Shown here piece after piece: positions 11,108-23,112 of a stretch of DNA of 64,000 bases (the stretch's first letter is position 1; the number at the start of each line of letters is the position of its first letter). Both the position numbers and the translations under genes were made by a program. Source of the stretch: Eledone cirrhosa (Eukaryota); the NCBI GenBank assembly GCA_964016885.1, contig OZ024742.1, positions 276,396,001 to 276,460,000 of the forward strand, written 5' to 3'. The notes below the pieces were generated by a model that made no database searches, was not told where the DNA came from, and saw only the letters and a list, made by a program, of their open reading frames with translations.

Positions 11108-12995
11108 TCATCATCATCATCACCGTTTTACGTCTCTTCTTCCACGCTAGCATGGGTTAGACGGGTTGTCCTGTTGTGGGCAGTGTCCGGTCGGCTGACC
11201 TTGTCTTGCTCATACGGTAACTGATTCTGGCTTGATTTCTACAGATGGATGCCCTTCCTAACAGCAACGTCATTTACAGTGAGTGCTGGATGCTTTTTTT
11301 CCGTGGCGCCTACACGTCCACTTTACAGTGTGGGCTGGGTGCTTTTTTTTGCCGTGGCACCTCCACGACCACTTTACAGTGGGAGGGTGTGGGGGCATCT
11401 TGTCTATATGCTTCAGCTTGTACCTGTGGGGGGGTCAGGTCTTCTGTATTACTGCGTGACGCCAGAGGTCACGGTCGTGTGTCATCACCTTTGAGAGGTG
11501 TAATTGGGCAAGGTCGGCTTTTATCACCTCATCCCAGGTCTTCTTGGGTCTCCCCACTCCGCGGTTTCCATCGACTTCTAGTGCTCTGCACCTTTTTATG
11601 CAGCTGTCATCCTTCATATGCATCACATGTCCATACCAACGCAACCGCCTCTCTTGCACACAGCATTTGATTCCTCTTATGCTCAGTCTCTCTCTCAATT
11701 CATTTATGCTTTGTCGTTCGCGTATATTACTATTACACATCCATCGGAGCATGCAGGCTTCGTTTCTTTCTAATCTACGCAAGTCTTCCACGGTCAGCGC
11801 CCAAGTCTCACTACCATGTAACATTGCTGTTCGTATACACGCATCATTCAGTCTGCCTTTCATTTTGATGGTAAAGCCTTTTGCAGCTAGCAGTGGCAGT
11901 AGCTCCCTGAACTTCTTCCATCCCATTCTTATCCTAGTTATTGTACTTTCTGAACACCCACCTCCGCTGCTAATTCGGTCACCTAGGTAGCAGAAGCTGT
12001 CTACTGTTTCTACAGAGCCCTCTCAGAGTTTGGTGGTGCTTGTTTGCTGCTTGCTGTCCCAGTGTAGCTGCTACATGTGAAGCCTACATTCTTAGTTAAG
12101 CTTCCTGAGATCCCGCTACATCTCTTGTGTACCCATTGTTTGCATTTGGGGCAAAGAATGGAGTTCCGATCTACACCTTTCCTACATACTGAGCAAGGCC
12201 ATTTCCCTGAGAGGATCTGGGTTCTGTTTTCTCGTTACTTACAAGGACCTTAGTCTTTGAGACCCTTTCTTTCTAGTCCCTGCTTCCAAGTTTGGAATTT
12301 CTTCTCTAGTTCTACCATAGATTCAGCTATAAGTGCGAGGTCATCTGCATACAGGAGTTCCCATGGGCATCCGGTCTTAAACTCCTCCGTTATTGCCTGC
12401 AGGACTATGATGAACAGGAGAGGGCTAAGAATAGAGCCATGGTGGACACCGACCTGTACGCTAAATTCCTCGCTATACTCATTGCTAATCCTAACTTTGC
12501 TGACTGCTCCCCTATACATGGCTTGTACAGCTTTCACAAGCCCTTCATCTACTCCGAGTTTTCTAAGAGCCTATAGCACAGGGAACTCTGTCAAAGGCTT
12601 TCTCGAGATCAACGAATGCCAGGTAGAGTGGCTTACTTTTAGCTAGGTACTTTTCCTGTAACTGCCTCACAAGGAAGAGGGCATCAGTGGTGCCTCTTCC
12701 TGGCACAAACCCAAATTGCATCTTATCTAGTTTCACTCGGTCCCTAATCAACTGTGCTATAACTCTTTGTTACTTTCATTACCTGGTCCATCAGCTTTAT
12801 ACCTCTATAGTTTCCTCTATCTAGTGCATCACCTTTACCTTTGTAGCAGTTGACAATGATGCTACTGCACCAATCCTTTGGTATGACACCTTCTAGTATT
12901 ACCTGGTTAACAATACGTGTGGTTATAGTGTGACCTACCAACCCAAATGCCTTCAGCATCTCGGCAGCTATACCCGATGGACCGGTTGCCTTCCG
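11108..12995 (-). mobile_element. RTE-clade LINE RT region with frameshifts
   Basis: Motifs 'YKGKGDALDRGNYRGIKL', 'QFGFVPGRGTTDA', 'FVDLEKAFDRVP', 'GVHHGSILSPLLF', 'LLYADDLALIA' and 'RWYGHV'; (CAT)n tail. Confidence 0.92.
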
Positions 12996-13699
12996 TCTTC
13001 TGGGGTTAATAAATGGATTTGTTTCAGTTTTGCATCCCTAACTTCTATCCTATTTTATCTGGCACATGGTATACAGTGCACCAGTTTAGGTTATATGATT
13101 GGAAGAGAAAGGCACTGACTATAATTTTCAAGTCAGTTTGAAAATAATCCAGAATTTTGAGGGATTTAATAATATAACTTTCTCATTATTAGGTTGATGT
13201 TTGGAACATAACTTAACAACGATTCTTACATAAAATTATGATAGAATATTTCTAGATAAATATAAACAATTTAGAACAAACAGCTTTGTATCATAGAACC
13301 ATAGACGATTTCAGGTGGTTTGGTATCAAAAGAGTAAAACACTTGGTAATGAGGCTTTTTTTAAAACATAAAAGTACTGTGGTGATGAAGTCAAGGCGGA
13401 ACAAGTAAGGGGTGTTTTTGGAGGTTACTAGACTGAATTTTACAATCAAGTGACTGATGGGTAATGACCATTTTGTCTACGTGTTTCTAACTGAACATCA
13501 TTCTTAATAGGAGTGTCCATCATTGTTGTCATCAGCTCTTCCTCATTTCTGAGTATATTCTTTTCTTCTTTTAAGTCCTCTCATCCATAATGGTGCTTCT
13601 GGAGGCTGACAAATTCGATTTTTGCAAAGAAAAATTATCCACACAGGTCATATTTGATGCTCGGTGAAGGCACTGGTTTGATTTTTCATTGCAGCCTTT

Positions 13700-14000
13700 T
13701 ATCCTCCTCTGTTCTCCCATGATTTTCCTCAAAATATTCTGTTCTCAGGCCTTAGGGTTCATGTTGGTACTCTTCATTATCTGTTTCAGTTGGTTTTTGT
13801 AGCAATACATGGGGTGGCTGCATGATCTCCTGCCTGTGCTGAGTTCACTGGAGAGTATTTTATGTGGCAGTCTGGTGCTATTCATGTGACAGGCATGACC
13901 TGTCCATCTGAGATGATGTTTGATGATGATATACTCAATCCTATTGGCATCGGCCCATTCAAGGACTGCAAGGTTGCTGACATAATCCACCCAAATAATA
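13700..14000 (-). mobile_element. RTE/BovB-like LINE C-terminal fragment
   Basis: 'HLRWTGHACHMNSTRLPHKILSSELSTGRRS'. Confidence 0.65.
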
Positions 14001-14214
14001 AACTACAAGCACCAGCAACAAAAAGACCACTAACAAAACAAGTGTTACAATCACTACTACTAATACTCCTACTACCATCATTCTTACTACCACAACCATC
14101 ATCATGACCATAATAACATTGGTCTGAGGCCCAGAAAACCAAGGAAGAACCAATGTAAATATCTGCCATCCTTTTCCATATAAATACCTCACAGCCTCTT
14201 GAATTTTTTAGGAA

Positions 14215-14800
14215 GCCTGTGCAATGCACTCTACATGTGTGTGGAGTTCCACCAAAGCAGGTGGAGAAGTTCAAGTATCTCGGGGCTATGTTCATGAGTG
14301 ATGGAAGGCAGGAGGTTGAATTAAGTGCAAGAATTGTAGGAGCTGATGCAGTACTGCATCAGCTTCACCATTCAGCCATCAGAAGGGAAGTAGGTGTAAA
14401 TAACAAACTCTTCAGTTTTCCTGCCAACCCGTATCTATGGTCATGAATCTTGGGTAATGACTGAAAGAATATGAGAAGCTGAAATGGGGTTACTCCAAAG
14501 ACCCTTTGTTACTCAATAGAGTGTGTAGCTCAGAGATTAGAGAGTCACTCCAGGTGGAACTGCTACTTCACCAAATTGAGAGATCACAATTGCTATAATA
14601 CCAACATGTGGTCAGAATGTTTGAGGAAAGAATCACTGGACAGATTTTACGGGTAAAACAAACCAGCAAGAGACCCAGGGGCAGACCCCGAGCAAGATGG
14701 TTGGATACATCCATGAGCTTGGTTGCTTCTGACAAGACCTGCTGGAAGCCATGCTTGAAGACTCTGACCCATGACCCTCCCAGGAATAACTGGATGAACA
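14215..14800 (+). mobile_element. RTE-like LINE C-terminal fragment
   Basis: 'QVEKFKYLGAMFMSDGR' and 'RPRGRPRARWLD'. Confidence 0.7.
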
Positions 14801-16357
14801 AGAAGACTCTTTCCACCACATCCAACAGCCTCAAAGCTGTTTTGTTCTGCCTTGTAAAACTTCTCACCAAAGCTCTACTACCACCCACCACTACCACCCA
14901 CCACTACTGTCATCTACCACTACTACCATCCATCACTACCACTACTATTACCCACCACTACCACTACTATCATCATTGTATGGTTGTAGTTCAATGACTG
15001 AAACTAGTAAAACAATAAAGCAATAATTCATGCAAATTGAACACTTTAGTTTTATCACTGCTGTAAAGAGACAAATGACTTTATTTACAATTATTAACAA
15101 TCTAATAATGTTCAAGAAAATATTCAAATAGGTAATGGTTGAAAGGATGATAGCATACTTCATCACCATTCTTTTTAAACATTTTTTTTATTATTATAGT
15201 ATAAAGACAACATCAATAAAACACTAAAAATATAATGAAACACAAAGATATGTAATTTTCAACATATAATCTAGCTTAATATAAAGAAAATATTCAGCTG
15301 ATTACAGTGTGGGGATTCTTTTATAAACAATGAAATAATAAGACAATTAATGGGTAACTGAAATCTGCAAACAGCATAAGAAATAACATCTCATGAATTG
15401 TTGAAAATGAATAAGTTTTATGCATTTTATTATTGAAATTTAACATAAATTAAGTGCCAATTTTTGCTTTACAAAAATAATGTAAAAAAAGTAGTTGATG
15501 CTGACAGATTCCAACTTTGGACTAAGAGAGACGAAACAAAATCTTGATAATTTCAAAATAATAAATATAAAATAATGTGAAGAACAATCTGGAAAAGTTA
15601 ATGAGAAAGCAGTGAGTGAATAATACATTAAATCAATGAACCAAGATATTCAGTATAACACTTATGACATAATCATGGACAGCCCTGATCAAGCTGACCT
15701 AATTCGATATTATTTATTTTCAATCTCTTGAAAATTAAAACATTTATCTACTAAGGTATTATTGTAAGCAATATTTCAACTAGACAATGATCATAGGGTC
15801 ATAAGTTCAAACAATACTAAAAGATCTATTATTGTAATATGCTCTTCCACAAGGTGCAGCACTGTTAGCTAAGCAACAGGTTCTATTCTTAATTGATGGT
15901 TCTAATGGTTAGTAATAGAAAAGACATCTGTTGTAAAAATATTTCCCCCAAAACATGCAAATACAAAAAAAATCACAATAAACATCCCACCTATACTAAC
16001 AGAGAAAAACGCAACAAAACAAAACGTGTGTGTGTGTGTGTGTGGTGTGTGTGTGTAAATAAAAACAGGAAAGATCTGAAAAAAATTATTTTAAAAGAAA
16101 ATAACTTTGAAACCCAGATTGAAATAGTTGTTAGAGAATAAAGAATTTATAATAATAATATTGTTAGTATATTTATTTTTCATCAGATATATATATATAT
16201 ATATATGGGATAACAAGTTATCGTTTTAGGTAATCCAGTTAGAGGTTGTGAGTACTCTGTAGTATGGATAGTTTTAACGTACAGCGTTGTTTGACTCAAC
16301 AAGAGGTAGCGAGTTTGTGAGAATTCTCATGCAGGTTATTCTTGGAGTAATAGCAGT

Positions 16358-16598
16358 GGCTGTACAAAAAGGGTTTTATTTACAGTATTAACAATTGTTT
16401 CATTGATCAGGTGAGTCTAAAGGACGCTAATCACTCGACCTTAAATACAGTGTATGTCTCTAATCAAATCATCGGAATACTGGTATTCCAATGATTTGAT
16501 CAGAGACACACACAACTTCGAGTGATTAGTGGCCTTTAGACTCACCTGATCAATGAAACAATTGTTAATACTGTAAATAAAACCCTTTTTGTACAGCC
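16358..16598. repeat. 241-bp fold-back palindrome
   Basis: Perfect 66-bp arms (16358-16423 / 16533-16598) plus further imperfect inner stems; lies between two (TA)n runs. Confidence 0.9.
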
Positions 16599-16624
16599 GA
16601 CCATGTTATTCTTCACTCTTTCAC

Positions 16625-16665
<41 letters not shown>

Positions 16666-16779
16666 TAGTTGAAAAAGAGGATAAAGTTCTCTGCAAATTC
16701 AAGATTATAAGTAAAAAGTAAAACTGGAAAAGCACAGGGGTATTTTGGAGACACATTTCACACACAATTAAAAAAACAA

Positions 16780-17570
16780 CTGGAAAAGGTACCTCGATGA
16801 TTGCTTTATCTTTTGGCAGGAACACCTTGATATACTCACTAAATTCAAAAAACAACATTCGATTCACAATGGAGTTTAATACCAAGGAACTAGCCTTTTT
16901 AGATATTATAATCTCAAAAACAGACGGGAGAATAGAAACAAACATTTTCTATATACCCATGGACACCAAACAGTACCTTCTATTTACATCAAGTAACCCA
17001 AAACACACGAAATTGAACACTCCTTTTAATCTAGCAAAAAGAATATGCACAACAGTATCAAACCCGATCAAATGTGTGCAAAGCCTGGATGAACTGAAAA
17101 ATATCCAAAGAGCCTTCCCAATTGGCATAATCACCAACAGAATAAAAAGGGCAAAACATAGATATCCAAGAGCTAAGGAAAACAAAAAACAAAACTAGGG
17201 AAAATGTTTTACTCTATGTGTCAACTTTCATCCCCAGAAATATCAAAATGTTTGACCACCTGCACAAAAACTTCCCTATTCTATAGAAAGGTGAAAAGAT
17301 GAATAACATTTTAGAAACACACCAAATCATCAACAGCCCAAAGCACTAAAACATATTCTTACTGGGGCAAAAACTTACAAACAAATCCCCAACCCCACTG
17401 TTACAAAATACGCAAGAACAAACTGTGGTACTTGCTTATATCTAATTGAAGTACCCGAATTAAAAATTTCCTATTCTACCCATACTTAGACGCTTTCACT
17501 CAACAGAGAATAAATAAAAAACAAAAAACAATTCATTAACAAATATAAGCCATAATTAAATATGTAATTG
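16780..17570 (+). mobile_element. Penelope-like element (Neptune-type) RT thumb/linker remnant
   Basis: 'LAFLDIIISKTDGRIETNIFYIPMDTKQYLLFTSSNPKHTKLNTPFNLAKRICTTVS' and a downstream 'RTNCGTCLYL' Cys motif. Confidence 0.75.
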
Positions 17571-17667
17571 CCCCCTATTAGACAATAAATAATAATTCAT
17601 TGTCAGGTTAAAGAAAAAATAATCTTTAAATATACTTCTGTGCTTTTCACTTTACCCCCCCCTCTCT

Positions 17668-17699
<32 letters not shown>

Positions 17700-17703
<4 letters not shown>

Positions 17704-17928
17704 TCATCATCATCTTACGTCCGCTTTTTCCCTGCTTGCAAGGGTGGGACGGGAACTGATTCTGGCTTGATTTCTACAGCTGGATGCCCTTCCTAACACC
17801 AACCTCATTTACAGTGAGTGCTGGGTGCTTTTTTTGCTGTGGCACCTCCACGACACATCACCCGGTCTGAGAATTGAACTCACAACCTTTCGATTGCAAG
17901 GCCAATGCTCTAACCACTAAGCCATGTA
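17700..17928 (-). mobile_element. tRNA-head SINE with RTE-derived tail, internally deleted
   Basis: Near-identical to 33838-34160 but lacks the central ~100 bp. Confidence 0.75.
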
Positions 17929-18044
17929 CCTCTCTCTCTCTCTCTCTTTATATATATATATATATATATATATTTATAGTTTTTTTTGTTTTTTTTTTAC
18001 TCTCAACTATCACCCAAATTTGGTTAGAAGTTTAAAGTTATTTC

Positions 18045-18232
18045 ATCCTTTAGCATTTAAACCGGTTGTATCCACCCAGAAATCTCTCACACCTTTCTGT
18101 TCAAATTGGATGCTCATACCAGCATTCTGGTATTGTTCTCATCAACATTTCATAGATCCGATATTATGTGAGATAAAACCTTTACTGTGAAAATACAATA
18201 GTAAATATAGAGTAATGTAAATGCTAAAGGTA
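18045..18232 (+). mobile_element. piggyBac-type MITE family A
   Basis: CCTTTAGCATTTA...TAAATGCTAAAGG termini. Confidence 0.75.
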
Positions 18233-19434
18233 TAACTAAAATAATTAATATTTAAGAGTTTATTTGAAAAGACTTCTATAAAATTAAGATTGGGTTTTCC
18301 ACACACACACATACATACATATATACCTACATATATTATACATGTATACTTATTTTGAAATTTGTTACATACATTTCTTGGTGGAAAAATCTTAATAAAA
18401 AAAAATCCATTTTCAACTAAATTTCTACATTAAAACCAATGCCTACAAATGTATTTGTTCTTAAGAACCTTCTTTTCTTTGATTCAATGTTTTGTGTAAT
18501 TTCAATCAGTTAATATAAAGATGGTATATTTTAAAACATACCATATTTCTTATATTTCTGAAATTGGATATTTCTTGACAACATGATTAAGTTAATGTCT
18601 GATATTTCATTTCAAATAATTGTTTAATTAAGGAAAATTTAACTAAAATCTTTATATAGCATGCAACATTATTAAATAAAAACAATTAGCCCCTTCATTT
18701 TTTTAACATTGTTTTAGACTGCTATTTAAAGCTTTAAAAAAATGTATTCCTAAAACTAAAGACTAGTTGGTGCATCATTTAAGCATATCATTATGAATAT
18801 TAAAAATGTTATAGAGAAAAGGTGATACCGTGTACTTTGAACATTTGAAAATAATATTGTTTTACTGTAATCCAATACAAAAAAACCTTGAAACTAATTA
18901 AAAAATGTCTATTGTAAAATATGTCTTAAACATAAACTTTTTTCACAAAGTTCAAAAATAGAAATTAAAAGAAAATTAGTTATTATAAAATTTTCTCTGT
19001 AGACTAATCATGAAAAATAAAACCAAAATATCATTGCAGACATGAAACATCATCTATTTAATATACAATATCTCACACAAACTAAGAACATTGGTAGAGA
19101 AAATTTTGATGGGATAAAATTAAGAAAACATTTTTATCTTCTGAAATTGTTTTGTTTTATATTTTTGTTTTATTTCTTAAATGAAAATATTGTTTAACAA
19201 ATGTGTATTTAATTAATATTTGTATGAAATGAAAATCGTGTAAAATATCAAAGATATAACTGATAATTTACATTATGTAGTAATAACAAAACAAAAAAAA
19301 AAGAAGGATGATCCAAATTTTATCACAAATGATGATGAAGACCTTTCTGGCAAAATGGAATGCTTACTCGACAGAGAGCTTAAAACTAATCCCTTCATTT
19401 CTTGGAATTAAGTAACTAAGCTATCTGATTGGGG

Positions 19435-19437
<3 letters not shown>

Positions 19438-19503
<66 letters not shown>

Positions 19504-19511
19504 TATATATA
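19438..19511. repeat. (TA)n microsatellite
   Basis: Directly visible. Confidence 0.95.
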
Positions 19512-20240
19512 TCAAGCCAGATATTTAAGAAAAGAAATAATGAAATAATAACTAAACCATTAAAGGTATACCACCGAAAGTCTAAAAATGTTTTGATTTA
19601 AATATGAAAATTAACAAATGAATATTTACAGTGGAAATAAAAGGATTTTCGTTGTTAATAAGAGATGAAATATTATTACAATTAGTCAGCTTGAATTAAA
19701 AATTATAAACACTAAAAAAATTTCATGGTAGAATGAATAAAAAAAACATCTATAAACATTATTTCATTAATAAAATAGAAAGAAATGTAATAAATATTTC
19801 AGTATCATATGCAAGTACTGAGAAGCAAAAGCTCCTAGCAAATCACGATTGTAACCAAGTTTTAGTCATCTTTTAGTGGTTTTAATCCACCTATATAACA
19901 TAATTTATGCTCTTGAAAACAAGCATGATGTTACTTAATTTTATAGAAACTGGAGTGGGAATAAAGTTAAGTTATTACTGCTTGTTAAATGTATAAGCAG
20001 GATATATATTTACATGGTCTTTTGAAATGAAAAATAGTTTTATTTAAAAACCTCAATGATAAATAATTAAAAACAAACCATAATCATGACTTAAGCATTG
20101 CTGATGTTCAACTATACAAAGACGACTTGTTTTGAATGAAGGTGAAGATAGTGCACACATGATCAGTAAAAGTGGTTTCAATGTGAACAATTTATCTGTC
20201 ATGTAATAGCTAGGGAGATCAATGGATGGGAAGTTATTAT

Positions 20241-20461
20241 CCCTTTAGCATTTAAACCGGCCATATCCGGCCAGAATTCTTTCACCTCTTTCTGTTCAAA
20301 CTGGCCGTAATCGGCTGCTCATACTGATGTTAAGGTATAGTTCTCAAAATAAATAATATCAAAATCCCATAGATTCGATATTATGTGGGATAATCATGTG
20401 AGATAAAATGTTTACTATGAAAATACAATAGTAACTATAGAGTAATGTAAATGCCAAAGGG
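20241..20461 (+). mobile_element. piggyBac-type MITE family A
   Basis: CCCTTTAGCATTTA...TAAATGCCAAAGGG-TTAA; about 240 bp past the stop codon of the minus-strand gene. Confidence 0.8.
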
Positions 20462-20697
20462 TTAAGTTGGAAATTACTGAGATGTTTTGTCTAATCATTA
20501 GCAAATGATGTAAGCTGTTAAGCAATTTGTTTTAAAAAAATGTTATGACATTTCTATAGCATCTTTTTATATATAAAAGTGAATCATTTAACTATGTAAA
20601 AATTAAATCAAATCATAAAGTAAACTAAATCCCCACCCACCAATAAAAAAGTAAAATTCAGTCATACATTACTCTAATGACATTCTGTAAAATTTCT

Positions 20698-21959
20698 TTA
20701 GTGTCGAACTGTTATATTTTGAGCGTGATGTCTAGGCCAACCAAACTTACTACCTAGTAAATTAACGCCATAATGGAATTGTAGTTTAGAGTGAAAATTA
20801 CGAAAACTAGCAAGAATTTCTCGTTCAATTTTATGAAAATATTTCCGGGGTGTAAAGCCACTTCGAAGAGACCTTGCCAGAGTTATTAATCGTGGTCGGA
20901 ACTTAGCTTGAGACATGAATTTCTGAAAAAATTTGATACGTGTAATAACTTCTTGCTGTTGTAGTGAGTGAGGATGTCGCATACTGTTATTTAAAACACT
21001 TCCACCAATACAAAGCTGAAAGTGATACTCCAAATTAAGCGTCTTAGAAACAGGAGTAAAACAAAAACCAACTTCACGTAGAGCAAGCATCTGTTTCTCT
21101 TTTAATGAAGCTAATTTTAAAACAAATTTTTCTAAGTACTTTGAAGTGACTTTTTTCTTACAAGATAAACCAGGAGAAAGAGATGACAACGATTCAATAA
21201 AGACATGTTGTAATGACAAGAAATTATGGTTAACAGGAAATTTTGAACAATTTTTTGGATTTTCTTTTGTACAATAATACTGTCGCAGTTTAGATATTTC
21301 ATAGATTACCTTAGACAACAGATTGTCTGCTTTTATCTCATCTTTCATTACTTTTGGACATATTATTCGCTGAACATCTCTGTTTATAGAAGTTACATTG
21401 GCTATGGTAAGGCCTGCAGCAAACAAGGAGGCAACAGGTAGCTCATAACCAATATATTCTTCATCAATGTCTAATACAACATTTTCATCTTTTCGAATCA
21501 GCTTACCATTTCGTAGAAACTCCAAAGCTAAATCTTCACGAATTTTCTCAATTTTGGCAAGTCGTTTTATATTACATTGAGTAAAGGGAATTGATTTTTC
21601 TGCATATGGTGATTTGTTCCCATGTTGAACAGAGCAATTTTTTACACCTTTCTTAAAATAACTGATACAAAAGCAGGTGGTTGGTGTCTTTCCTGGAGGC
21701 TTCTTAGCATTAACTGTCCTTCCAAAAGATGCATAAACAATGCTGTGGGCTTTAATATNNNNNNNNNNNNNNNNNNNNNNNNNNNNNNNNNNNNNNNNNN
21801 NNNNNNNNNNNNNNNNNNNNNNNNNNNNNNNNNNNNNNNNNNNNNNNNNNNNNNNNNNNNNNNNNNNNNNNNNNNNNNNNNNNNNNNNNNNNNNNNNNNN
21901 NNNNNNNNNNNNNNNNNNNNNNNNNNNNNNNNNNNNNNNNNNNNNNNNNNNNNNNNNNC
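20698..21959 (-). CDS. UPF0489/C5orf22-family membrane-anchored protein, last coding exon (interrupted by 200 N)
   Basis: Frame is open from the gap edge (21758) to TAA at 20698 (~353 codons) and contains 'VVLDIDEEYIG', similar to the family LDIDxDxF motif. Candidate acceptor 'tatttcatAG' at 21961-21960 lies immediately before the gap. Confidence 0.75.
21759..21958. other. Assembly gap (200 N)
   Basis: Run of N. Confidence 0.99.
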
Positions 21960-22525
21960 CTATGAAATAGTTTTTACTTGATCTTGTTCAATATGGTTTG
22001 CATTTATAAATTAAAAAAATACAAGATTAATCAACCTGCAAGTATTATATATTAAACTCTAAAATATAGTTTTTAAGAAGTCGTTTTTTTTTTTATTTCC
22101 TCCGTCTTTTTTTTATTTATAACAGCTGTTCTATGAACATTTCAAATAAAGCAAACTAATTAAGACAGAATCAGCACATAAAATTAAATACTGTAATATG
22201 AATTTTTATTTTTTATTTTTTTCTAAAAAAGCATTCACATGCTGAGGCTGCAGATAAAAAGAAAGAAAAACTTATTGCTCCAGATATATGTTTCTGAAAA
22301 ATAAAAAATCAATGACCTTGGTTTTAAGTCAACAACCAGAACAGCCATTCACCTGTCAATGTACCAAATGATTGAAAGGTTAAATCTTTCAACTTAGATA
22401 ACACAAGGTGCAATACAACACAAACATCTGGTTTTAATTTTTTGTCCTGATGAATAATGCTAATTATGATATTTATTTTTACATAATTTAATCTTCAGAA
22501 TTAAAATATCGTCATCATCACAACA

Positions 22526-22770
22526 AAATGTCTCAGGAAAGAATCACTGGACAGATTTTAAGGGCAAAACCAACAGGTAGGAGACCTAGGGGTAGACCCC
22601 GAGCAAGATGGTTGGATAACATCCATGAGCTTGGTTGGTCACGCTTGGGGATCCAGCTGGATCAGTTGGAGACGGTTGCTTCTAACATGACCCGCTGGAA
22701 GGAATGTTTGATGACTGTGCCCCCACAACCCTCTCAGGAATAAGTGGGTAAAGAAAAGAAGAAGAAGATC
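22526..22770 (+). mobile_element. RTE-like LINE 3' end
   Basis: 'RPRGRPRARWLDNIHELGWSRLGI' followed by a (GAA)n tail. Confidence 0.7.
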
Positions 22771-22985
22771 ACCATCATCATAGATGATGGTGATGGCATT
22801 ATTTCTAAAAAAGATTAAATTTAAGTAACAAGAAATATCTTATAAAAATAGCTAGATAGTTTAATAATACTTTAAAGATTGATTTAAACATTATGATCCA
22901 AATATAGATCTCTATTGACTAGGGCTAATTTTTTGAAAATAGTTTTATGGATTGGGTTATTTATGTTACAGGCATTTATTTAATT

Positions 22986-23035
22986 TCTTATGTGTCAATG
23001 TCTCTATTATAGAATAGAGACATTGACACATAAGA
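22986..23035. repeat. Perfect 23-bp-stem hairpin in intron 2
   Basis: TCTTATGTGTCAATGTCTCTATT-ATAG-AATAGAGACATTGACACATAAGA. Confidence 0.9.
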
Positions 23036-23050
23036 TTAATATAGACATAC

Positions 23051-23112
23051 CAATGTGTTCCCATATTTTCGAATTGTCCCACTGTTGCCAGCTTCAATCC
23101 AAAGTGATAACA
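23051..23112 (-). CDS. UPF0489/C5orf22-family protein, coding exon 2 (62 nt)
   Basis: Acceptor 'tttttgttttttcAG' and donor GTATGT. The phase-1 join with exon 1 gives ...IVENHQE-V-LSLWIEAGNSGTIRKYGNTL, continuing the family pattern (VEDHQEVL...). Confidence 0.8.

Noticed and set aside
16540-16570. CTGATCA-AT-GAAAC-AATT-GTT as a hammerhead
   Set aside because: Position 8 is non-canonical, there is no stem II and there is no stem I partner.
21622-21981. Plus-strand ORFs spanning the N run
   Set aside because: These are artefacts of translating Ns; the real frame is on the minus strand.
22160-22300. Strong-looking minus-strand acceptors between exons 2 and 3
   Set aside because: Downstream frames give no family motif and no matching donor was evident, though they cannot be fully excluded without RNA data.
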